A stretch of DNA of 63,771 bases, counting the filler, from Collodictyon triciliatum (taxonomy: Eukaryota), in NCBI GenBank assembly GCA_043381765.1. It is 5 parts of 5 records of this genome, joined end to end, with 100 filler letters (N's around TTAATTAATTAA, not from the genome) between each part and the next. Parts side by side here need not be neighbours in the genome. Positions count along the whole stretch, not along the records: positions 20,050 to 36,021 come from JBHJMP010000449.1; positions 36,122 to 42,213 come from JBHJMP010000452.1; positions 42,314 to 59,446 come from JBHJMP010000454.1; 2 more parts are not named here. One strand, 5' to 3'. The translations under genes were made by a program, and so were the position numbers. The notes under the pieces were generated by a model. It worked only from the letters and a program-made list of their open reading frames with translations. It ran no database searches and was not told where the DNA came from. Positions 32,317-45,700 of the stretch are shown in pieces. Each line of letters begins with the position of its first letter. The stretch's first letter is position 1.

Positions 32317-35300
32317 ATGTCACGACCAAAGAAGCCCAGCGACGTTTGTTATATTCATCTGTACTTCCATTTCCCTCCGCGCAATGCCCTCACTTACTTG
32401 TTTATTTCTTTACGCCATTTTCTTTTAAAAGTGCTTCGAAATTGTCCTTTTCATATATATTCATTTTGTCTCGGTATACGGGGTAAACTATGCATATTTC
32501 ACATAATTTTGTTATTTTTAACGCTATGACCTTCTTTTCCTATAGTACTTAACAAAAGCCATACCCAAGAGTACACGTTATGCTGACGTCCAACCGGTTG
32601 TCAGTATGAGCTTCACTCCCAAACTATTTTTTTTTTTTACATGTCAAATATTCATATTTCGACGCATCCCCTTCTCATTTTCGTGATATTCTTTCTTTAT
32701 TACTCCTATCACTGCCATCGAAACGCTCCGGGCTTCATTCTTTAACAGATTCTGGCCCAAGCTTGAAGAAAGTGATCGATCAGCCCCGGACCATTTGTGA
32801 GAACAAAATATCAGCAATCGCATCCGTCCTTTTGTTTTCCTTCCTCTTTGAACTGAATAAATGAATTTTTTTTTTGTTTTCCTTCCTCCTCAATCGTTTC
32901 CATAGTTCTATCCTATTATAAACGATATATATTTTTTTAGAAACCCAATGCTCTTTGAGTATATTTAATCCTCTCCCCTATTATTCATCCCAAGAGACGG
33001 GATTAGTGATATGTTATTTGATTTTTTTTTTCAATTCCAGTTATACCTCATCTTATACAGTCGCCAGGTTCAAGAAAGAAAACGAAATATTCCAGAGAGT
33101 ACGACCTACTGAGCTTGCAACTGCATTGGAAATACAACAACAGCGTGGATTTGAAGATAGAAGTTTCGACTATGACGAGCAGGTTCTATATTCACTTCAG
33201 TCCCGCATCACAGGAAATGAAATTCCTTCTTCCTCTTTATTATTCATTCATTTTTCAATATGGCATAACCTCGCTGCACTTTGAATCGAATAAAGGAATT
33301 TTTTTCCATTTTTCAATATGGATCTCAAATAAAACCCAAAATAGCCTCATCATTAGTCTATGCCTGTTCCAACTCACTTTTCATTACACTATTACCTATG
33401 CATCAATGATTTAATTAATTGGTGGAAATTTCATGATTATTCGCATTAGTAATATTATAGCGAAAGATAGGATTTTTATTCTAAAAAATAATGGTCTTAT
33501 AAGTTTTTTTTCCCCAATCCTCTTCTACACCGAGATAGACTTCACAACACCGTTTCGAAACTCAAGACGTGTACTCTGGGCGTCGTTCGAACGGGGCCAT
33601 TTTAAATCCTGAGCCTGCACGAGGAAGCCGAACCATGGTGGATGTGGATGATAGCTCCATGTATCTTTTGCTTGACTTAAGAGACCCAGAAGACTATGAG
33701 AAGTGTCATATAGAATCAGGTATTTTTATCACAACCTTTACCGTACTCGTGCAGGACTGAGACTGAAAATTGCCATTTTCATATTCTTCTTTTTGAAATC
33801 ATTTGTCCACGCTCAGGTTCTGTAAAAACAAAGCTTGAAGAATTTTCTCATTCTCAAATTTTTTTTTTTAATCACTGCAGCGATATCTTATCCGTCTAGA
33901 ATGCTTTCCAGAGCAATTAATTGTTTTACTCCTGAGATGTATAAATATGTAAGAGCGATCAATAATACATATTTCTATCATACTTCTATGCATTATAAAC
34001 AATTTCTAATGGATTCATTGACACCTAACCAATTTAGGATTTTCATAATTTACAATTTCAAGATACATCCTTCTCTTCTATGTTATAATTCGACTTTAAC
34101 AAATATCTTTATCAAAGAAAAACCAGGAAGGCAAAATAATCATTTGCTACGATAACGACGAGAAAATTGGACCCAATGCATGCACTATCATTTTCCAAAG
34201 AGAATTCGATAATATAGCACTGCTATCAGGAGGTTTTTTCTCTTATTTTTACAAAATTCGCGTGCGCTTTTGTCTTCTTTCTTTCATTTTACACAACTTC
34301 AGTTAAAGGAATATATACACATAGCCTTCTTTTAAGTAATTTGCATATTGGTATTTGAACCAAATAAAGAGAGAAATATATACCTATTTTGATTTGTATA
34401 ATTTATCAAATTTGCTTTTTGTTACTACTGCTACTTAATCAATTGCCTATTTGTTTTTCTGTATCACACGGATGATATCGACCAAAAAAAATATATATCA
34501 TGCACACAAGAAATCACACGCCCTATCTTACCACATCGCCATTATTTCCGAGTTCACATTTGGTCTTTAGATATCAATATCGCAGAACTTCTGTTAAGCT
34601 ATTTCAATACCGGGTACTTTCACAGCCCCCTTTTTCAAAGGAGTTTCTACTCACACTTCCGTCGTTCAACCACTTACAAACAGGTCTCTGCGTCTTCGCC
34701 GAGAAATTCCCCCAATTTGTCATAGGAACTCCACCCCCACCGCCGCCATCGGCCCGCAGTTCTTCCCGGGGTCCATCTCGGCCAGGTACATCTGCATCCA
34801 CAACGTCCCGGCTCTCGTCTGCTTCCGATGTAGCAAGTGTCAGGTCTGCAAGCTCGTATAATGGCGGGGCTGCAGGCTCGAATCCACAATCGGCAAGACG
34901 CTCATCGTCGGCTGCGAGACGTGCTCCATCCCCTGCATCTTCAACTCGACCCCTATCGTCTGCGCGTAGGAGTGTCACTCCGTCTCGTGAGCAATTAATA
35001 GTCATCACACATATCTCTAACTGCATATTCCTTCTTGATCTCCGCCGCGTAATCCAGCGTTTTCTTAATTCCCTTGAATTCGATTGATTAGATTCCTTTC
35101 TTCGTTGAAATATATTTTTTTAAACAATCATGGTCTCCTTATACGTCATAGTTGACTGTAGTTTAAGTTCTGTTGTACAAATTTATTCGCGTGTACTTTT
35201 TCTTTCTTTCCATGGAGTTGTAAAATATATACGCGATGATAGCTCCTTGTTGTTTGATAAAATGACAACCTAAAATTGTCATATTTAATTTTATAACACA

Positions 35301-35365
35301 AAATGCTGTATTTGTTATCATTAGAGAACCGATTTGACCCGGATGACGCGCCTCGTTGGAAGTAA
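32317..35365 (+). CDS. CEP41: Centrosomal protein of 41 kDa (rhodanese-like)
   Basis: YLTKAIPKSTRYADVQPVV|NSG, EIFQRVRPTELA, YLLLDLRDPEDYEKCHIES|AISYPSRMLSRAINCF, KNQEGKIIICYDNDE, FDNIALLSG|GL, terminal PRWK*. Confidence 0.92.
33249..33321 (+). mobile_element. Mini retroposon 3' end (43 nt, 33264-33306) with 15-bp TSD in a CEP41 intron
   Basis: CATTTTTCAATATGG at 33249-33263 and 33307-33321 flanking CATAACCTCGCTGCACTTTGAATCGAATAAAGGAATTTTTTTC. Confidence 0.88.
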
Positions 35366-36021
35366 ACCATCCAGAAGCCAATTGACGATCAAGTCGAAGA
35401 GAAAACAGCATAGTACTATTTTTTTTTCTCTGTCTTATTTCATGGTTGGCTTGCTTTATGTGTCACCTGAAGGATATCTCGCCATCTACATTTTTTTTAC
35501 TTTCCTCATCTCCTTTTTTTCTTTTCTAAAGGAGGGTTGTTTAACCTTTGCTCTTGCTCTTGGAACTTTCCTACATATTTTATCCTTTGTTGCTCCTCAC
35601 AAAAACAACAAAGAAACGCGTGGGGATAAAGTTTGCTCACAGGCTCTATGACCAATATCATAATGCCTCCGTGCTGAGTAGTCTCGCAAAAGCCCGATGC
35701 TCATTCTATTCTCCAAGGGACAGCCTCCTTCTCTCCCCCCCATTTTTTTTCTTTTTTCTCTTTCCTTTTTTCACTGTGCGTGACTTTCCTCCTACTATCC
35801 TCATGGTTGTAAGTAAAAAAAAGTTTACCACTCACATAAATGTGTGCATGCGAGAAAACCCAGTTTCAGATTGTAAATAGAAAAGCATCGAACAGATTCC
35901 CGATTCCGATCATCAATCCTTGGATCAAACAAGCAGCTGGAAAGAAAAAAAAGAAAAAAGAAAAAAGAAAAAAGAAAAAAGAAAAAAGAAAAAAGAAAAA
36001 AGAAAAAAGAAAAAAGAAAAA

Positions 36022-36121
36022 NNNNNNNNNNNNNNNNNNNNNNNNNNNNNNNNNNNNNNNNNNNNTTAATTAATTAANNNNNNNNNNNNNNNNNNNNNNN
36101 NNNNNNNNNNNNNNNNNNNNN
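36022..36121. other. Artificial contig spacer
   Basis: TTAATTAATTAA at 36066-36077 within Ns. Confidence 0.97.
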
Positions 36122-36226
<105 letters not shown>

Positions 36227-36227
36227 G

Positions 36228-39200
36228 GTTATTGGAACAGCTATCCAAGATGTCTCGTTTCGTATCCTTTCTCTCCAAAGACACATGGATGAGACTAATG
36301 TGATTGAAGAGGCAATTATACTTGCTCGTGTTCTGAATGAAGTTCGGCTTGTAAGTGAATACAAGATAGATAAATATCTACTCGTTTCCCCCCATTTCCC
36401 TGGGACTATATCGCCCAGAGGTGTGCTATTATATCATCATGATATTTTGATATATGCCTAATTATGTAGGTGTCTCCTCTCTTCTTTATACCCATGCATA
36501 ATGACGATTAAAATGTAGCAAATCGAGACATATTTTGGGACATATTGCCAAGACAAGTTCCCCTCTCAAACAGGTAGTGCTCAACCAACTCCACCAGCCA
36601 CGCCCAAGGCTGATGCGGCTCCACCTCCAACACCGAAACGTGTCAATGTAATTATGTTTAATTTAGTTGTAAGGATATATTCATCCTCCATCTCTTATGT
36701 TTTAAAACTCGACCGCATGTGTAATCTGATTCTTGATGGATTTACAACGAAGTTGGTCGATCCCTTTTTCTTCCCAGAAAAGAAAACACATTTATTTATT
36801 ATTGCTATATTTATTCATCAGCCTCCAGCGTCACCAAAGGAGGAGTCCATGAAACAAAATCTTGAGTCTATTCGCAAAGCTGTTGCTTCTATATCCCTTG
36901 ACCGAATTATAGCGGATATGCGAAAGGTTTTTTTTTCTTTGCTTTTGTGCAATTGTGCTTATGCCCATTTCCTAATACCTAAAATTCTCATTTTCGGAGG
37001 AAAAAAAAGAAGGTTATCAATCATCCTTGTTTTTACTGCAGTGTTGCTCAGATGTTGGAGAAGGCTTGGGTAAAGTTAGTGATGAAGTTATGCCGATGGA
37101 CAAAAGAATTGCTAAGCTGCAAGGTTTGATAAGAAAAGACCAAGAGGAGGGTAGACGAGCAGCAGAAGGTCTCTATTCTCTTTCTTTTTTTTCTTTTTTC
37201 TTTCTTCTTTCTTCTTTTTCTTTTTTCTTTTTTCTTTTTTCTTTTTGTTTTTCTTTTTGTTTTTGTTTTTGTTTTTGTTTTTGTTTTTGTTTTTTTGCGT
37301 TCTATTCCTCCATTTCATATAGACCCCTTCAATCTTCACCTTAATATATTCACTAGTGGAAAAAATCGTCCTTCAGCTGCAACAGGAAATATCTACCCTG
37401 AATATCAAAAGACATGTTCTGACACTCGCTGTTCGCAACTTAGATAGGAAAATTAACCTTTTGGGTAGGGTTTTATTCAAAGAGAACCTTTCCATGATAT
37501 ACATCTGAATCATATTCATCTCTCCATTTTTTATTGGAAATAAAAAAATTCCCTTATTCGATTCAAAGTATTTCTAATAAATTTAAAATGTAGTTCGCAG
37601 TCAAGTGAAGAAATCGGAAGAAGATGATATCGATGAGGTCTTTCAGTTTTTTGACGAAAGCTCTCAAGCAGACCACCCACTCGGAAACTTGAAGGAGGTT
37701 CATCGCATTTCAATGATTATAACCCTTTATTTGCTATTTATATATTTACTGTAAAATGCATAGTTCATTGACTTGAGCATAGTACCATTCTACCAATTTA
37801 TTTTGTATAAATTAACATCTGTTTGGCAGTGCTACGAAAACTTTGTCTACTTTCTAAGACAACACCCTCAATACATGACTTCACTTATTCCATTTATTCC
37901 TCACAGCGAATTGGATAACATATCGCAGGTAACATGCTCTTCACTGATGAACTCCTGTATTTTCTCATCCTCAATAACATGGACATAATGTTTTCGCCTC
38001 TTTTTGCAACTATTTTCTTACATGAATCGATTAATTGATGAACCACAGATGGTCACCGTCTCGCTGTTCTCTGATATTTTTCTGTCTAGGGAAGAACTCA
38101 TTCTCCTCAATTTAATTCGGGTACAGTCGAATAGAAGAAAATATCGATGCGTTTTTTTAGTTTTAGTTTTAGGCATCAATGTCCCGTCTACATAATTACT
38201 TACTATTGTTGTTACAGAGTGTCATGTTTAAATCTTTTGAAGACTGCACAGATATGAGTAATTTCCTCCGTAGCAACTCATTCATCACCAAAGTCCTTGC
38301 AGGCTACGCCAAGTCCACTTTAATTTACTTTCGCCGCTGATTTATCTAACTTTATGAATTCCAATTATTATTTCTCTATCGCAGTCCTAATATTACGAAT
38401 ATAGACGACAAGGTGGAAGACTCCATTTGATGGAGATATTCAAAGGCACATTGACAGATATATTGATTGATGAAAAGACGAATTTCGAACTGGACATTCC
38501 AAAGGTTAGCTCTCCTCTTTCTTTTTCCTTACGCCTGTCTTGCAATATTTTATGCTTTATTTAAAGAAATTATTTATTTCGTGATTTGTATGCCCATTCT
38601 CATGCCTCACCCAGACTTATCCGCACATATGTAAACATCAATACATTCTAGGTCAGAGCAGAAGTAGAAAGCACACTTCCAAAAGGAACTCCATCTGCTC
38701 TAATTGATGATGAAACTCAGAAAATCCTCAAAGCACGTCAGTGCAGCCAGTTTATCTTGATTGGAAAATTCATATGAAAGGTCACGGCCTTATCCCATGA
38801 ATAAGCTCACCAAATTATCTAAATGTCACAGGTACTCTTCAATTACAAGAAAGTTGTGCCAATCTTCTTAAAAATATCATTTCCAACTTGCGGAACATGC
38901 CATATGGGATGCGGTGGTTATGCAAAGAGATGGTTCGGTGAGTTGCGAATGTACCAATTTATACAAAACACTCTTAAAAAAAAAAGAGGGATATTTATCT
39001 TACATGTCATTCACGGCAAGAGTTTCCAGTATCTATTATTGTTCAATTTATTGCAAACACTTGTTTAACTAACGATAAATTCACATTAAAGTCTGGCAAA
39101 GCTGAAATTTAAGGATATGGTTCCTCGTGATGAATTAATCCTTGTTGGTAGTTATATATTCCTTCGGTATTTGATGCCTGCTGTTATCACACCGGAGGTA

Positions 39201-40290
39201 TGAATATTTTGCTACAATTTAATTGATCACATAGTGGCCTTTGTGTTATGAGTGATATCCCATCCGAAATCTGGAGGAGCGGTTGACTTGCTAATCATGA
39301 ATATATAAGGGCCATGGAATCATCACAAATATATCCATAACTGCACGAAGGAGACGCAATCTAATTCTTGTATATATTTCATTCTAAAAAAAATATTGTG
39401 TTTGTTTGTTCTACTAAAATCAGAATAATATAATTAAGATAGCTTTTATAAAGTAGAATATTATTTTCATTATTTATTGTCATTTTACTATTTATAGTGC
39501 GGTAAAGTTCTTCAGAATTTGGCCAATGATATTGAATTCGGAGGAAAGGTTTGTTCATATTATTATTATTTCGTTGCTTTTTTTTTTTAAAAAAAAAAGC
39601 AATCGACCTGGTCTAATTCATGAAGCATAGTTAAAAAAAATACTGAAAAACGTCAATCCAGGAGCAATACATGTCAGTGATGAATCAATTTATGGTGGAG
39701 AGTCGCTCGATTATATTTGATTACTTCAAAGCCCTAACAAATGTTGTCGAACCCGAGGAATACTATCATACAGTATGAAAGTTTTTCTTTCGAAAATAAA
39801 AAATAAAGGAATATGTACTGTTAATTGTGCCCTTATTTATGCACCCATAGAGTCGATAAACTGAATTTGCTGCGTAGACTTTTATTTCATACTTCATATT
39901 TCCAAATGAACATAGGGTAAGTAATTCTCTAAAAAAAAAAAAAAAAAAAGATAAGTGATTCCGGGTCGTCTACATCTGCCATACATCAATCTGTCACAAT
40001 CACACCTAATGAGCTTCTCACTGTACACAGACTGATTGTCGATAATCACACTGATATTGTTAGTTTTCACTTTGTAAACTAATAGCAAACCATATATATT
40101 TAAATATAGAAGATTTATTCATTTATTTTTCTTTCTTTATTTGTCTTTGTTTTCAGTCCATGGCCACTAAATTCGCGATTATACAACCACAGATAAAGGA
40201 ATCGGATGATCCGATGATGTTGCTGTTGATGAAAATGGGTATGAATTACACAAATACCAATTTAGTCGTGATTGTGTTTTATACGTTAAT

Positions 40291-40342
<52 letters not shown>

Positions 40343-42053
40343 TTTTTGTAGCATCGTATTAATATAGCTGTGGATTTATAAAGCTTCTGTCATACATATG
40401 TATTTTAGTATTCTTTGTGGTTTATATTTCAATTTCACGGTTTTTAATCATAAAATTTAATATATGCATAAATATGATTATTGAACATATCAAGGGCCTC
40501 CAATTGAAAATCTTCCACGCAAGAAAAACAAATATATCGTTCTTGAAGTGCTCAATTATGAAAGAGGTCTATTCTCAATCAATTAGTTCTAATTTTTGTG
40601 ATTGCGTACTCGAGTTAACCTTAATGCAAAATTAGGCTTATACATTCCACTCAATACATCCCATCCCACACGATTAGAGCTCGTATCTGGCCCATCATCA
40701 ACATTTATGAAGCAATTGAAGGAACGCCTGACCACAGTTTTGCAATCGGCGCCCACCATAAACCCGATAGCATCGCAAAATCCTTCGATAGTACAAATAT
40801 TGGAATCTGTGCGAAAGGTTTAATCATTCTTCTATTATACAAATGCCTCTTTTTCCTTTTTTTCTTTTTTCCTTTTTTCCTTTTTTCCTTTTTTTTTCCT
40901 TTTTTTCCTTTTTTTTTCCTTTTTTTTCCTTTTTTTTCCTTTTTTTTCCTTTTTTTTCCTTTTTTTCCTTTTTTTTAAAAAAAAATTGAAAAAGTTTGTC
41001 GATCCATCGGTCATCATACACATCGATTACTTGATTGGAAAACTTTCCAATATTCCTGATGAAAGAAGGGCCATTCTGGAGGTTGACATGGTCGCAGATT
41101 TGGAAAAGGTTTAGTTTAGTTTAGTTTAGTTTAGTTTAGTTTAGTTTAGTTTAGTTTAGTTTAGTTTAGTTTAGTTTAGTTTAGTTTAGTTTAGTTTAGT
41201 TTAGTTTAGTTTAGTTTTGTTTTGTTNNNNNNNNNNNNNNNNNNNNNNNNNNNNNNNNNNNNNNNNNNNNNNNNNNNNNNNNNNNNNNNNNNNNNNNNNN
41301 NNNNNNNNNNNNNNNNNNNNNNNNNNTTTATTTTGTTTTATTTTGTTTTATTTTGTTTTATTTTGTTTTATTTTGTTTTATTTTGTTTTATTTTGTTTTA
41401 TTTTGTTTTATTTTGTTTTATTTTGTTTAGTTTAGTTTAGTTTAGTTTAGTTTTATTTTGTTTTAAATAAAATGTGTTCTCTTTCCTAAATATGTTCTAC
41501 TGTCCTTTAATATCATTCGCTATTCCTAGGAACTTCAAAGTAGAAAACTGTATAGGGAGTCACTGGCAAAGGAGCGTCAGGAGCTCTCTGCGGCCTTAGA
41601 CAACCAGAAAAATCTTGTAAACATGCAATACGCAATTCTTTTTGTTTTTTCCGTGGTTTTATGAAACATGCAAGGGTAACTTGAGTACTCTCTTTTGATT
41701 CATCCAGTGTTTTTTTTTCTTTTCATTTTCTCATATTTTTTTATTTTCTCTTTAAACAAGGTTGACCAAAAAGTGAGCGAGAAGTCAATTTACACAGACT
41801 ATATGCTAAATATTCAAAAAAGAGCCTTCCAACTGAAGGTCAAAGGAAGGTTGGATGACAATCCTGTTTTAGTATAATCTTCATTTATTTCTGTGATTTC
41901 GATCATTAAAATCAATCGAATAACCTCAAAAAATATATAATAAAAAATTACCGTATCGACTCTAAGTGGCGACAAAATTGGACCATTTTCCTTCAACGTC
42001 AAGGAGCTGGAGAAGCTGAAGTTATTGGTTCCATCCCCACTACTCGAAACATT
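36228..42053 (+). CDS. RasGAP with RasGAP_C region (IQGAP-related/Gap1 type), partial at both ends
   Basis: YENFVYFLRQHPQY, SREELILLNL, NFLRSNSFITK, MPYGMRWLCK, VGSYIFLRYLMPAVITPE, RRNLIL|CGKVLQNLAN, ITPNELLTVHRL, KIGPFSFNVKELEKLKLL. Confidence 0.92.
37543..37568 (-). mobile_element. Degenerate copy of the mini retroposon, no direct TSD
   Basis: Minus strand CTTTGAATCGAATAAGGGAATTTTTT matches the family core. Confidence 0.6.
41109..41450. repeat. (GTTTA)n/(TTTTATTTTG)n intronic microsatellite spanning an N gap
   Basis: Direct tandem repeat in a RasGAP intron. Confidence 0.95.
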
Positions 42054-42117
42054 GTATGAGGATGTGAATGAAATATACATAACACAGTTTTACCTCTATT
42101 TTTTTACTTTTAGTACC

Positions 42118-42213
<96 letters not shown>

Positions 42214-42313
42214 NNNNNNNNNNNNNNNNNNNNNNNNNNNNNNNNNNNNNNNNNNNNTTAATTAATTAANNNNNNNNNNNNNNNNNNNNNNNNNNNNNNN
42301 NNNNNNNNNNNNN
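42214..42313. other. Artificial contig spacer
   Basis: TTAATTAATTAA at 42258-42269 within Ns. Confidence 0.97.
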
Positions 42314-42497
42314 CATAAAAAACATAAAAAACATAAAAAACATAAAAAACATAAAAAACATAAAAAAACATAAAAACATAAAAAAACATAAAAAAACATA
42401 AAAAAACATAAAAAAACATAAAAAAACATAAAAAAACATAAAAAAACATAAAAAAACATAAAAAAAAATAAAAAAAAATAAAAAAACATAAAAAAAA

Positions 42498-42546
<49 letters not shown>

Positions 42547-42748
42547 ATAAAAAAACAAAAAAAAAAAAAAAAAAACATAAAAAAACATAAAAAAACATAA
42601 AAAAACATAAAAAAACATAAAAAAACATAAAAAAACATAAAAAAAAACATAAAAAACATAAAAAAACAACATGATGCAATCAGGAGAATGAAAGTGAAGT
42701 TGGCTAATAACATGGCGAACATATATATAAAGGGAGTTCATTTCGACG

Positions 42749-45700
42749 ATGGAAGCCTCCGGGAACGAGACTATATTTTCCTCTTTACAGTCATTAAGGT
42801 AACCACCATATTTCCTTCATACCTAAATGAAAATCCTGAGAGACATATCCCAAGCGATTCAAATTGGCCAGATTAGCATCACTCTATGTCGCAATTCGAT
42901 GCAATTACTTTGTACATACAAAGGGGGAAATAAAATTAAAACTCACTTTACGATATGTACTTTCTTTTTACTCTCCTCAAAACTGTAAGAATACATGAGA
43001 TTTCTCCCAGCAATTTATTAGAGAATACTGGCAAAGCCATCATTTCAAATAGCCCAAATTTCCATATAATCGGGGTTTTCTTTCCGCTGATTTCAAAAAT
43101 ATGCAACTATTTCATTTTTTAAATTATTGATGACATTTAATTTATTTTGTTTATCAGATCCATTTTTAAGGATAAGAGCTGTTTCTCTTATATCCTTCAA
43201 GAAAATCTGAATACGAAGCCAATAGGAAAAACTGGTGGGGAATGGATACTGACATTTAATTATAAACAGGTTAGACCATCAACACAACTAAGAATGATTT
43301 CGTTGAATAATGCAGAAACATTATCCCTTGACGCACATCCATCATTTTTTTTTATCGAATTTCGTTCTTTTCCCTACAATTTTTTAAAGGGCTGTTAATT
43401 TTCATATCAGCCTCTTGGTGAAAAGCTTTATTTTGTTCCTCATTTGAAGTAATCTTCTATCTCATTCCTTACCTTTTTTCTTTCATTCGATTGTCAAAAG
43501 GACTCATTCTCAGACGAAGAGATATCATTGAAATTCCTCTCAAAAAAATTTAAAGAACTAGGATTAAAAACAGAGACGTACCACGACCACACTACATCTA
43601 AGGTTCTGTTTAAAGACTCTATTCTTTTTCAAGAAAACGACCAGTGACATCACATACGCCTTCATTATTCATAATTTAATTATACTGCAATATTCAAACA
43701 CACACTCAAATAATATTAATAAATTCATGCGGCGTTTCCTCTGATAATGTGTCTATAATTCAGGTGTTTGTATTCGTCTCTGGTTCTGATTCATTCTACT
43801 ATGAACAGGCAGAAAATAGACAGTTGAAAAGACCAAAAATCGTGAGTTATGTGTCCATTTCATAGTCAAGTTTATTTAATTGGCCGAATGAATCCTTAAT
43901 TACAATCGAAATCGATTCAATGTCGTTTTTCAGGGTGGCGGACGATATACATTCGAGAGAAACAAGATGGATTCGTTTGTGGACTCGGGGAATGTGAACT
44001 TGTTTTTTTCTTCCGCAGAGAGGCAAAAAATGATACTCGATATTCTACTCTCGTATGATTCAATACATAGACATTAAATAAAGGGATAACGAAATTAAAA
44101 TGCTGGCTTTATTGCTCCGTTATTCATAAATTGGCTTATTATCTTTCATTTACATACAGGATAAAGGCCTCGAATGAAGAGCCTCTTCAAATGAAAGATG
44201 TTTCGTTTATTCATGGGGACCCTATAGGTGCGGTGATTTTCTGATTCATTTTGAGTCCATTACTGTGAGTATTGAAATATATGATGAATCATCGAGTCGG
44301 GGTTCTCGAAACCTGACCAATTAAGCATACCTAAATTCACGAAAAGTCCAAAAACTCCTTGTGACTGGTATCATCCGGGAAATGTATCCAGCTCACGAAG
44401 AGACAAGCCTCGATTTAATTCGGTTCAAATGGATGAGAGAACCCACAAACTCATTACTTTTATCCATATTTGATTATTTCGGTCAAGACGTCTCTTGGTT
44501 CTTTACTTGGTCAGGTAATTTAACTATATCACCAGGCCTGTCAATACATATTGAGGGAGAAGAAAAAAAAATCTAATAAGGATTCAATATTTTAAAGATT
44601 TTTTGAGTAAATTCCTCGCCGTGCCATCTGTATGCGGCCTATTATTTGCAGCTTACGAGTTAGTAACACTCATACTTTTCAGAATATGGTGTTATATATA
44701 TTAAGCGTAGTTGAATAACCATAATAAATATATCAATAGTTGGGTATTTCCATATTCTCTTGCGCTAGTATGGTTTTCCATAGCTATATCTTTTTGGGGT
44801 AATCCTCGATAGATAAAATAAAAAATAATATCAATTCATCTCACTTTATCCCCATCCATCAGACAACCGAATACAATATTCTTTCAACAAATACTTATAT
44901 TCATTCCCCTTCAACCAGCCGTGATAATGACCGAGCTCTGGAAAAGGAAGACTTTTATTTTACAACACAGTTGGACTCAATTCATGGATTTGGTCTACGA
45001 TTCGAATGTCGGTATAAAAATTCCAAAAAAAAAATTTTCGACCCCTACTCCCCCGCCTTTAATATATCATTCGAGAACGTAGATCACATATTGTAAAGAA
45101 GTATATGTATATCTAAATGAGGCCACTAATTTAGGATGAAGAAAGTGAAGGGGTTGATTTTGAAGTCGACACAGACGCCCTGATGAAAGCCAGGAATATA
45201 GTGCCTCAGTTCTTAAACTATGCTTGTATCTTGATAATCGTAATAAATCTTTTCCGATTTATGTTCTTTTTATTATAAAATTCAATCGATTTTTTTTATC
45301 ACAGGCAGTTATCCCCACATCCATCTCGTGCGCATCATTGATGCCAAGTTATGTGTATCTTGAGTCTTTTGTCTCTTGCGAAGTTTTGACACTGGGTCAT
45401 GTCGTTTTGATGAGAATTCAATCACAAGTTTGGCTATTCCCTTTAACATTCTTGGAGACATGCATAATTCTGACTCAAATATTTTTACTCAATACATTAG
45501 ATATATTGGGTCTTGGTCAAGTACATAAATGACTTTGGTGCGTGATATATCTCGACAAATTCTATTTTTATGCGTAATATCTAATTTATGGTATTATTAT
45601 CAAAGTCAATTATCCTGATCAAAAGTCGAGATCAAAACACTTCTGTATAAAGATACTTGCGCTAGAGTCTTTGAATAGGTCAGAACTTTCAATGTGTGAT

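Noticed and set aside
41109-41216. (TTTAG)n as an interstitial telomere
   Set aside because: Lacks the G-run of typical telomeric units and is one of many unrelated intronic microsatellites.
44281-44317. ATGATGA...CTGA box C/D-like pair in an anoctamin intron
   Set aside because: Too short for a C/D snoRNA, and no terminal stem or guide sequence recognised.
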